From: Candidatus Woesebacteria bacterium
Lineage (GTDB): Bacteria; Patescibacteriota; Microgenomatia; UBA1400; UBA12028
DNA length: 64,000 bases
Reading direction: 5' to 3'
Assembly (NCBI GenBank): GCA_018060955.1
Contig: JAGOVC010000001.1
Location: 5,558 to 69,557, forward strand
Of the stretch, positions 10,300-18,589 are shown piece after piece. The stretch's first letter is position 1. Each line of letters begins with the position of its first letter. The notes beneath the pieces are model-generated. The model searched no databases. It was not told the DNA's origin and saw only the letters and a list, made by a program, of their open reading frames with translations. A program made the position numbers and the translations under genes.

Positions 10300-10328
10300 A
10301 AGATGTCAACATATACTACAATAGCCTT

Positions 10329-11867
10329 GTGAAAACTACTGTAGCTTTTATCCTCATTTTGCTGATCGCGGGAGTGTTGCGACTATATCAGTTAGGCGTG
10401 TTCCCAAATGGACTAACATGGGATGAAGCGGCGATTGGCTATAACGCGTTTGGAATTGCAACCGTGCATAGAGATGAATGGTTACATCGAATGCCCATAG
10501 TCTTTCGTTCCTTTGGAGATTACAAATCACCTCTACTTATTTATGCAACATCGGTCATATTTCTATTGTTCAGTCCCACGGCATTTCTGATTCGATTACC
10601 AGTCGCACTCAGTGGGATAGGATTAGTTGTCGTTTCGTTCTTTCTCACACGAACTCTGTTGCGACGTTTTGGTGGGATTACAGAGTACAAGAAGTTACAG
10701 TTTTTAAGCTTGACGTCGATGCTCTTCGTGGCTGTTTCTCCGTGGGCAATTCATTTTTCCCGTATCGGTTTTGAATCGATGCTGGCAGCTTTTCTAGTGG
10801 CGTTGGGATGTCTAGCCTGGCTGTATGCAAAAACGAAACCGTATTATTGGATCGTCGGGTCTCTATCCTTTGCCTTATCGTTATATGCATACCATAGTGC
10901 GAAAGTTGTGGTTCCGTTATTTGTGGTTGTGTTGATTGCGGTGCTATTCAAAGATATCTTGAACTCTATTCGCTGGTTCTTGATGTCTGGTGTTATCGCT
11001 GGATGCATCTTACTTCCACTCGGTTATGCCTCATTTTTTGGAAAGGCAAATGATCGAGCCCTCAGTACAACCATCGTAGGAAAACCAGATGCAATGACGG
11101 GGTTCCTATCGCATTTGAAGGTGCAATATTCGCCATCCTATCTGGTTTTTGGTAATGACATCACCTACCGACATAGTACAAAAGAAGTCGGGGTACTGTA
11201 CCCAATCGAACTCGGGTTAATGCTGATCGGGGTTGGTAGTATTTTATTGCTTAAAGAATATAAAAAATTATGGTGGGTTCCAACTCTATTTGCTATCTCG
11301 GTCCTACCCGCTGCAATAGGTTTGGATGTTCCTCATGCAAATAGGGCAATTCTTGGTTTACCTTGGGCCCAAATATTAGCCGTGATTGGCTGTTCCAGTT
11401 TACTTTCTCAATTTAAACACCCAGTAACATCTCTGCGAAAAATTTCAGTTCCCATATTGATCGGAACTGCAATCATTACTATTTCTCTTCTATCGTGCGC
11501 TCGGTATTTGCAAATCTATGCCCGCACCTACTCATCCTCTATTGCTCTAAGTGAGTTTGGGTATGGATATAAAGAATTAATGGAATTTGTCCGGGCTAAA
11601 GAGTCAACAGTGGACAAAGTGTATTTCACCAACGCGTATGGGCAAGCATATATCTATCTCTTACTTTTTAAACAACTCGATCCAATTTCATATCGACAGG
11701 GAGCATTGGCAAACTACTCGATTTCCTCTACACCATTTGTAGACGCGCAAGGACAGAAAAAGGTGCTAGTCGTTGGTACTCCAAAAGATTTTCCACCAGG
11801 TGCAAACATCATCAAAGAGATTACCTATCCAGATGGCACAGCTGCGTTTCAAGTTGTGCAGCAATAA
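10329..11867 (+). CDS. GT39/GT83-type (ArnT/PMT-like) GT-C membrane glycosyltransferase; paralog 1 of a trio.
   Basis: GTG start. LRLYQLGVFPNGLTWDEAAIGYNAFGI has the aspartate-glutamate motif after TM1. There are about 11 TM segments and a C-terminal periplasmic domain (YGYKELMEFV...). Confidence 0.8.
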   Translation: MKTTVAFILILLIAGVLRLYQLGVFPNGLTWDEAAIGYNAFGIATVHRDEWLHRMPIVFRSFGDYKSPLLIYATSVIFLLFSPTAFLIRLPVALSGIGLVVVSFFLTRTLLRRFGGITEYKKLQFLSLTSMLFVAVSPWAIHFSRIGFESMLAAFLVALGCLAWLYAKTKPYYWIVGSLSFALSLYAYHSAKVVVPLFVVVLIAVLFKDILNSIRWFLMSGVIAGCILLPLGYASFFGKANDRALSTTIVGKPDAMTGFLSHLKVQYSPSYLVFGNDITYRHSTKEVGVLYPIELGLMLIGVGSILLLKEYKKLWWVPTLFAISVLPAAIGLDVPHANRAILGLPWAQILAVIGCSSLLSQFKHPVTSLRKISVPILIGTAIITISLLSCARYLQIYARTYSSSIALSEFGYGYKELMEFVRAKESTVDKVYFTNAYGQAYIYLLLFKQLDPISYRQGALANYSISSTPFVDAQGQKKVLVVGTPKDFPPGANIIKEITYPDGTAAFQVVQQ

Positions 11868-11871
11868 CTCT

Positions 11872-12099
11872 ATGTCAGCAGTACAAGTTGGAGGGATCTA
11901 TCGACATTACAAAGGCAAGCTGTATTATGTGTTAGCGCTTGCGACTCATACCGAGACGATGGAACGACTCGTGGTTTATGTGCCACTCAATGAGCCAAAA
12001 ACTGCAAGAGCTTGGGTGCGTCCGGAAACGATGTTTGTTGAAAATCTTCACATAGATGGAAAAGTAGTTCCACGTTTTTCTTATGAAAACAGCAGATGA
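11872..12099 (+). CDS. DUF1653-family small protein.
   Basis: GGIYRHYKGKLYYVLALATHTETMERLVVYVPL matches the DUF1653 core from memory. The ORF-track start at 11773 overlaps the upstream gene. The ATG at 11872 follows the upstream TAA directly. Confidence 0.6.
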   Translation: MSAVQVGGIYRHYKGKLYYVLALATHTETMERLVVYVPLNEPKTARAWVRPETMFVENLHIDGKVVPRFSYENSR

Positions 12100-12739
12100 T
12101 CCTTCCATTTTTCAACAATTTGCTAATCAAAGCGGCAAACAACTGGATGACTTTATCGCAAAAGATGTCAAGGTGTATGATTTTGCAGTTGAGCCTCCCT
12201 TTATTACTGTGGTTGGGAGACTCGATGCGTCTAGTGTTGGGAAAATTAAAGCGGTTCAGGAGCAGCTTGAATCTGCTGACCCAAATCAATTCTATTACCC
12301 GGTCTCCCTCTATCATTTGACCATATTGGGGCGGATTCCTTCAACTCTTGACCAAGCAACCTTATTTTCGACGCTCGATGAAGTGTTACGAGAGAAAATG
12401 ACTTTTCATCTAGAAGGAGTGGCAACCAATCAACTTACTTCTTCGGTTTCAGCCTACCCTCAAGATTTTTCGCTCTATCAACTTCGACAGTCAATTCGAC
12501 GGCAATTATCCATTGAGGGAGATGATTACGCAAAACATCTTGCCCCATACGAATATATGGGTTGGGTAAATTTGCTACGGTATCTCCAAGTACCAACCCA
12601 GTCCTTTATTGATACACTGAAAGCATATCGAACAACTGACTTTGGCACCCTGAAGATCTCCACCATTGAGGTGTATCTTCTCCAAAAAAGGATACTCGAT
12701 CCAGCATTCTCGACGTGTATACACACGATTCAATTATGA
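12083..12739 (+). CDS. Hypothetical protein with a possible degenerate 2H-phosphoesterase-like H-x-T-x motif.
   Basis: 218 aa soluble protein with a single HLTI motif and no second clear H-x-[ST] motif. Coding periodicity and tight packing support a real gene. Confidence 0.55.
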   Translation: MKTADDPSIFQQFANQSGKQLDDFIAKDVKVYDFAVEPPFITVVGRLDASSVGKIKAVQEQLESADPNQFYYPVSLYHLTILGRIPSTLDQATLFSTLDEVLREKMTFHLEGVATNQLTSSVSAYPQDFSLYQLRQSIRRQLSIEGDDYAKHLAPYEYMGWVNLLRYLQVPTQSFIDTLKAYRTTDFGTLKISTIEVYLLQKRILDPAFSTCIHTIQL

Positions 12740-14409
12740 AACGACTATCCATCACAACCCTACTACTTTTTATCATTCTCGGTATGTCGTCATTCCTACG
12801 GTTGTATAAATTGGATTCCATTCCGCCATCGTTGTATTGGGAAGAAGCGGCACTGGGTTACGATGCGTATTCGATTGCAAAAACTGGAAAAGATCATCAT
12901 GGGAATCCATTTCCTATTGTTGCATTCCCATCCTTTGGAGATTACAAACCGAGCGGATACTTTTATGCAATTGTTCCGTTCGTTTTTACCTTGGGGCTTA
13001 ATGTTTGGAGTGTGAGACTTCCTTCAGCTCTTGCAGGAATTGCAAGTGTATTGCTTGTGTACTTAATTTGCAAAGAACTTTTCAATTCAAAGTCAGCCTT
13101 GCTTGCGGCATTCTTGTTTGGAATTCAACCGTGGGCGATTCAATTCTCGCGAGGAGGATGGGAGGTAAACCTAGCACTCACTGTTATCTTGGCTGGTGCT
13201 TATTTCTTACTGAAATCCAGAAGAAAAGTAGAGTATATGATTCTCGCAGCGATTTGTTTGGGACTTTCAATGTATATCTACCATGCTGCTCGACTATTTG
13301 CTCCCATCATCGGAATGCTTGGAGGCTTATGGATCCTTCATGGATTCTGGGTGAAGAAGACGCTGAAGCAAAACTTACTTCCAGTGATTATTTCCTTAGT
13401 TGCTGCAATTCTTTTAGTAAGTCCATTTGTCTTACACCTGAATGATTCAGCAGTGTCCTCTAGGTTTTCGCAGACATCAATCTTTTCCGATATTCTCCCA
13501 ATTCAGAAGAGTAATGCCGCTATTCAAGCCGCTGGAAACACCGTCGTTTCCAGATTAACCTTTCATCGCTACCGCTTTTTTGCAGAAGTGATTATTCAAC
13601 AACTCTTCTCACATTTTTCGTTACCCTTTTTATTTTTCCGTGGGGATGGAAATTTACGTCACGGTACAGGGAATGGGGGATTACTTTATCCTATCGAAAG
13701 TGTTGGAATCGGAATTGCGTTATTGATTGGGATTGTCTATGAAGCAAAAAAGCTTCGCGTGCAATTACCACAACTTGTACTCAAAGTACTTGATAGTCGC
13801 GACTACGGTGCAGCCATTTGGGTTGTGGTGCTCTGGATTATTATTGCTGCCGTTGCCCCAGCGTTGGTAACACCGGCGCCGCATGCGTTACGTTTTTTGT
13901 TTGCTGCACCTGCATTTGCAGTCCTTTCAAGCATTGGTATTCTTCATCTTGTGGGTAAGCTTTCGAAAAACATGCAGAAGCTGGTTCTGCTTTTGTTAGT
14001 GGGAGGATACTTTTTCTTTGCTGCACGTTTTCTGAGTTGGTCGATCCTCGCCTACCCAGTGACGAGTGCAAATGACTGGCAATTTGGATACAAAGAACTG
14101 TTTTCCACTTTAGATAAACAGAAGAACGAAGGGGAGAAGGTTTTTGTCAGTAGGTATCAGGGAAGACCATCCATGTACTATCTGTTCTTTTCAAAATTTG
14201 ATCCTTCTTCACTTCAACAAATAGAACCCACCCTTTCCAAAGATCAATTAGAGTTACTTAATGTCGGTGACTATTATTTTATCGATGGAGTGGGAAACAG
14301 CCCTGGGCTTTACGCTACAAGTCCAGATGCAGTTCCACCCCAAGCACAGGTCAAAGCTTTCATTCGGCGTCCCGATACAACGACTGTATGGGTTATTTGG
14401 AGGCAGTAG
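12736..14409 (+). CDS. GT39/GT83-type GT-C membrane glycosyltransferase; paralog 2.
   Basis: LRLYKLDSIPPSLYWEEAALGYDAYSI, and a C-terminal domain (FGYKELFSTL...) like that of 10329. The ATG at 12736 forms an ATGA overlap with the upstream stop. Confidence 0.8.
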   Translation: MKRLSITTLLLFIILGMSSFLRLYKLDSIPPSLYWEEAALGYDAYSIAKTGKDHHGNPFPIVAFPSFGDYKPSGYFYAIVPFVFTLGLNVWSVRLPSALAGIASVLLVYLICKELFNSKSALLAAFLFGIQPWAIQFSRGGWEVNLALTVILAGAYFLLKSRRKVEYMILAAICLGLSMYIYHAARLFAPIIGMLGGLWILHGFWVKKTLKQNLLPVIISLVAAILLVSPFVLHLNDSAVSSRFSQTSIFSDILPIQKSNAAIQAAGNTVVSRLTFHRYRFFAEVIIQQLFSHFSLPFLFFRGDGNLRHGTGNGGLLYPIESVGIGIALLIGIVYEAKKLRVQLPQLVLKVLDSRDYGAAIWVVVLWIIIAAVAPALVTPAPHALRFLFAAPAFAVLSSIGILHLVGKLSKNMQKLVLLLLVGGYFFFAARFLSWSILAYPVTSANDWQFGYKELFSTLDKQKNEGEKVFVSRYQGRPSMYYLFFSKFDPSSLQQIEPTLSKDQLELLNVGDYYFIDGVGNSPGLYATSPDAVPPQAQVKAFIRRPDTTTVWVIWRQ

Positions 14410-14413
14410 TGAT

Positions 14414-14872
14414 ATGAAAAAGATCTCCCGCAAGATTGTTGCGGCATTGATACTGAGTACAGACCACAAACTATTAATGGTCAAAAAGAATCCGGCACAT
14501 GGGGGAGTGTATTTGAATACTTGGCATATCCCTGGTGGGGGAGTTGAACCGAATGAATCATTACCAGAAGCAATTGTTCGAGAAATTTTTGAAGAGACGG
14601 GACTGGTGTATCCAGTAACGGACGTTGTACTTGTGGATGATAAAGGAAGTAATGCTGCAACTAAAACCTTACCCTCTGGAGAGACCGTCTGGTGTGAAAT
14701 GCAGTTTTGGGTGTATGCAGTACAATTAACTCAAAGTGCGAGTGACATTGTTGTCCGGTTAAGCGAAGAGCATACAGAATATGTTTGGGCGGATGTAACA
14801 AAAATATATGACTATGAGCTGACCCCACCAAGCGTGGAATTATTTAAACGAGTGAACATCTCTAAACTATGA
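14414..14872 (+). CDS. NUDIX hydrolase.
   Basis: Nudix box GGGVEPNESLPEAIVREIFEETGL. Starting at the ATG at 14414, just after the upstream stop, gives about 152 aa, a typical Nudix size. The ORF-track extension to 14261 overlaps the upstream gene. Confidence 0.8.
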   Translation: MKKISRKIVAALILSTDHKLLMVKKNPAHGGVYLNTWHIPGGGVEPNESLPEAIVREIFEETGLVYPVTDVVLVDDKGSNAATKTLPSGETVWCEMQFWVYAVQLTQSASDIVVRLSEEHTEYVWADVTKIYDYELTPPSVELFKRVNISKL

Positions 14873-15768
14873 AGAAACGAGTACGCCTATCGGTAGTCAT
14901 TGCAACTCATAACGAGGAAGAAAACTTACCGCTATCATTACCGCCCTTAGTGGGTTTTGCCGATGAGATTTTAATTGCTGATGGGGAGAGCACCGACAAC
15001 ACCGTCAAGATTGCAAAAAGTTTTGGGGCTACCGTTATCCCAATGACCAACAAACGGATGTTTCATCATAACAAGCAGGCTGCAGGAGATCAGGCTAGCG
15101 GAGAATGGATACTGTATCTAGACGCAGATGAGATCGTTACCGATGCATTAAAAGAAGAAATCCTACAGATTCTAGATGGGAACCATCCTTCCTTACAAGG
15201 AGTTGCGACTGCTGACTATTTACCCACGACGGTTCGAAAAGCGTACCTTGCTCATCTTCATAATCTAGAAGTACGTGATCAGAAAAAGTTTCAAACCTCA
15301 CAACGGATCACTGCATACTTCATTGCCCGCAAGAATTGGTTTTTGGGCGCATATTTGATGCATGCTGGTGTATTTCCTGACGGAGTAATCCGATTAGTAA
15401 AAAAGGGAACAGCAGTGTGGCCATGCAAAGATGTGCATGAGACGATGGATGTGCAGGGAGGAGTTGGCTGGCTCATTGAACCCATGTTGCATCAAGCTGA
15501 TCCAACTTTTTCTCGGTATTTGATGCGTGCAAATCGTTACACGAATCTGACTGCAGATCAACTGACCTCTATGCATGTTCCGATTAGTTTTTCTTCGTGG
15601 ATCTACTACCTAATTTGGAAGCCTCTCAAAATATTTGTCCTACTTTTCTTTCGGCACAAAGGTTTCAAGGATGGTTTTAGTGGGTTCGTGTGGGCACTGA
15701 TGAGCGGACTTCACTGGCCGATCGCCTTTTTAAAATATGTAGAGTCTTCATATACACGAGGGCATTAA
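14869..15768 (+). CDS. Family 2 glycosyltransferase; paralog set A.
   Basis: LSVVIATHNEEENL...ILIADGESTDNT...HKGFKDGFSGFVWALMSG. ATGA overlap with the Nudix gene stop. Confidence 0.8.
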   Translation: MKKRVRLSVVIATHNEEENLPLSLPPLVGFADEILIADGESTDNTVKIAKSFGATVIPMTNKRMFHHNKQAAGDQASGEWILYLDADEIVTDALKEEILQILDGNHPSLQGVATADYLPTTVRKAYLAHLHNLEVRDQKKFQTSQRITAYFIARKNWFLGAYLMHAGVFPDGVIRLVKKGTAVWPCKDVHETMDVQGGVGWLIEPMLHQADPTFSRYLMRANRYTNLTADQLTSMHVPISFSSWIYYLIWKPLKIFVLLFFRHKGFKDGFSGFVWALMSGLHWPIAFLKYVESSYTRGH

Positions 15769-17489
15769 CGTACCGGAACTGGCGATGGAACAGGACTTGC
15801 TAGTGTATAGACTCTAAAAGAATCTGTAGAATTTACCCTCTTAATTGTTGCGACACTTTCTAGTGGACCGGTCGTTGAACATTCACCACGATCCACAAGT
15901 AGTGAGTGTGGTGTCATCTGACTGAGGATTTCTTCGGAGGGACAATTGTTTTTTGTAAAGTGAACATTTCCATACTCCGTCAAGCGAATATTCTTTTGGA
16001 ACTGACCTGCAAGGGATGCATCAAAGGTGTTGGAGTAGAACAAATAATAGAGAGGTTTAGCATCCTGTGGTAAATAGATTTGATCAAAACGATCCTTATT
16101 CTCTATTACATAACGGGCTAGTGCAGTCCGATCATCCCCTCGATGTGCAGTTTGTGAGGAGGGGGAGTGAACGATCCATTGATGCCAGAAATACACACTT
16201 TCTATTCCTACCAGAACCAACAGCAACGTGCGAAACGGAATGCCTTTCCAACCAATAGTTGAGATTTTTGCATAGGCATACGTTGTGAGAAGAACGAAGA
16301 ATACTGACATTGTGACAGTCCGATGAACATTGGGAACATCATCAAGTGTCAGAGAGCTAGGGATTGGAGAAATTGCAAAAAGCAGCAATAAGAAAAGAAA
16401 GGTTTTGGACTCTGTTGACCAATTCAGTTTCGATTTTTGCAGATTTGGAAGGAACGTTACGGAGAGGAAGGCTATCACGATAATGATTAAGTAGGAGTAG
16501 TAGAGTAACCCACTGTCATCTAAGCGATATCTTCCTGGTAATCCCCCTTCAGAGAAGAGCATTGGAAACGAAAAATATGACACGTATTGGTGTAAAAATT
16601 CACGACTGTAACCAACAATCTTATTATGAAAGATTCGAGCGCTGAGTACGTTCATTTGTCCTTCTCCAACTGCTAGTCCATCCAATCGCCCTTGAACAGT
16701 GTGGTTGAAATAGAAGATAGAGGTTTGTTGGAATCTCCCTTGTCCCCAATAGGTTCTTGAAATCGCAAAAGTGGTTATGAAGAAACACAAGGCAATCAGT
16801 GATAGTGTCAGTCGTTGCCTTTTATCTGCACCAAAGAAAATACTTAAAAAGACGGTAAGTGGAGTAACGATTCGATAGCCTGGGTAGAGCACGTATGTTA
16901 GCGCCAGGAAAAGTACCGCAAGAAGGATCGCGTAGGTCGAAGGTTTTTTCTCGTGTATCCACTTTAATAAAAAGTAGACTCCAGTAAAGTACACAGTGGT
17001 TGCCAAAATGTTTTCCGCTGTAGATCGAGATAAGATGATATGCCAGGGTGTAATTGCGATCAGAGTTGCGGCTAAAAGCGAGATTTTTGAATCTTTAAAA
17101 ATGTACTGAGCTATTCGATAGACAGGAAATACGATAACCGCACCGATGAGTGCAATTGGGAATCGAACAGCGAAGGCAGAAACTCCAAAAATGAACGTAA
17201 AAAAACCAGAGATATACATTGGAATTACATTTGGGTAGTCTCCAAAGTTATCAAAAAAGAGCAGAGGCCATTTGTTTGCGTAGAGGTCTTTACCATTAAG
17301 TAAGATAAATCTGCCGACATACCCATTCATCATTTCATCTTCATGGAGGCCAAATGGGACCTGTTCTAAATGAAAGAGCCGAAGGAAAAGTGCAAGTGCA
17401 AAAATCAGAAACAGATGGAGAGCTGGGGATCGCCATAACGGCAGATGTAAAAATTTCATATGTAAGAATACTTTTATTGTACACGGCAT
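15765..17489 (-). CDS. GT39/GT83-type GT-C membrane glycosyltransferase; paralog 3.
   Basis: HLEQVPFGLHEDEMMNGYVGRF and FDNFGDYPN. There are many TM segments and a C-terminal soluble domain. The stop overlaps the convergent GT2 stop by 4 nt. An alternative start lies at 17459. Confidence 0.8.
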   Translation of the reverse strand: MPCTIKVFLHMKFLHLPLWRSPALHLFLIFALALFLRLFHLEQVPFGLHEDEMMNGYVGRFILLNGKDLYANKWPLLFFDNFGDYPNVIPMYISGFFTFIFGVSAFAVRFPIALIGAVIVFPVYRIAQYIFKDSKISLLAATLIAITPWHIILSRSTAENILATTVYFTGVYFLLKWIHEKKPSTYAILLAVLFLALTYVLYPGYRIVTPLTVFLSIFFGADKRQRLTLSLIALCFFITTFAISRTYWGQGRFQQTSIFYFNHTVQGRLDGLAVGEGQMNVLSARIFHNKIVGYSREFLHQYVSYFSFPMLFSEGGLPGRYRLDDSGLLYYSYLIIIVIAFLSVTFLPNLQKSKLNWSTESKTFLFLLLLFAISPIPSSLTLDDVPNVHRTVTMSVFFVLLTTYAYAKISTIGWKGIPFRTLLLVLVGIESVYFWHQWIVHSPSSQTAHRGDDRTALARYVIENKDRFDQIYLPQDAKPLYYLFYSNTFDASLAGQFQKNIRLTEYGNVHFTKNNCPSEEILSQMTPHSLLVDRGECSTTGPLESVATIKRVNSTDSFRVYTLASPVPSPVPVR

Positions 17490-17521
17490 TTTGTGAGAAT
17501 AAGGGATTGAATGTTTTTAGA

Positions 17522-18589
17522 ATGGTGAGTAGAGTACAGTCAATGAACATTCTCATCGATACCACTCCACTCTCAAACGGTAGCGCCATTCGAGGAATCG
17601 GTCGATATACCGCCGAACTCCTACGAGCTCTCATTAACAATCCTGCATCACATCGAATTTACACCCCGGACACAGTGGAGAATCAGGGGGTAGACATTGT
17701 TCACTATCCTTTCTTTGATCTGTTTTTCCCAACTCTGCCGATCGGCAAACGAGCCAGAACGATTGTAACTATTCATGATGTAATCCCATTGTTATTTCCC
17801 AAGCACTATCCAAGAGGAATTAAAGGAACGCTTAATTTCTGGAAACAAAAGTTTGCCCTTCGATCCGTTTCTCATATCATCACCGATTCGGAAAGCTCAA
17901 AGCGGGATATTGTGGATCATCTCCATGTGCGATCCGATAAGATCTCTGTGGTGTATCTGGCAGCATCTCCAGATATCAAAAAACCTTCTCAAGGCATTTT
18001 GGACTCTGTGCGAAAGAAATACAGTCTTCCTCGGAATTTTGCCCTGTTTGTAGGTGATATCAATTACAATAAAAATTTGCCGTTTTTACTCAATGTCATT
18101 TCAAAAATTCCCAAACTCACCCTCGTTCTCGTCGGGAGAGCCATGAATAATCAAGCAATACCTGAAGGAAAAGCAATTCACCATACGATAGCAAAACTTG
18201 GATTAGAGAAACGGGTACTGATAATAGATACCCTTGGAGGGGATTCCGTTGAAGAGTTATCGAGTATCTATTCATTGGCAAGTTTTTACATTCAACCATC
18301 CCTCTATGAAGGATTTGGGTTACCAATCTTAGAGGCGATGCAGTGTAAGACACCCATAGTTTGTTCTCGTGCTGGTAGTTTACCTGAAGTTGCAGGTGAA
18401 GCGGCCGTCTATTTCCATCCAATGGAAGTAGATGATTGTCGACAAGCGATAGAGAAGGTACTGCGGTATTCAGACAAACAGTTACAGTCGATGGTAAAAA
18501 AAGGAGTTGAACAAGCAGCACGGTTCTCTTGGGAGAAGACAGCCAAAGAAACGATAAAGGTATATGAAAAGGTTGGTAGTTCTGTTTGA
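17522..18589 (+). CDS. GT4-family glycosyltransferase.
   Basis: EGFGLPILEAMQCKTPIVCSRAGSLPEVAG. The ORF-track start at 17354 overlaps the convergent minus-strand gene. The ATG at 17522 (or 17543) resolves this. Confidence 0.8.
   Translation: MVSRVQSMNILIDTTPLSNGSAIRGIGRYTAELLRALINNPASHRIYTPDTVENQGVDIVHYPFFDLFFPTLPIGKRARTIVTIHDVIPLLFPKHYPRGIKGTLNFWKQKFALRSVSHIITDSESSKRDIVDHLHVRSDKISVVYLAASPDIKKPSQGILDSVRKKYSLPRNFALFVGDINYNKNLPFLLNVISKIPKLTLVLVGRAMNNQAIPEGKAIHHTIAKLGLEKRVLIIDTLGGDSVEELSSIYSLASFYIQPSLYEGFGLPILEAMQCKTPIVCSRAGSLPEVAGEAAVYFHPMEVDDCRQAIEKVLRYSDKQLQSMVKKGVEQAARFSWEKTAKETIKVYEKVGSSV

Noticed and set aside
13005-13445. A 146-aa Cys-rich alternative-frame ORF inside the GT39-like gene.
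   Set aside because: It is embedded in a gene whose frame carries clear family motifs. The composition is odd and it has no start context.
17354-17521. The long N-terminal extension of the GT4 ORF overlapping the convergent GT39 gene (ORF-track start 17354).
   Set aside because: It would require a 135-nt antisense overlap. The internal ATG at 17522 gives a normal GT4 N-terminus.
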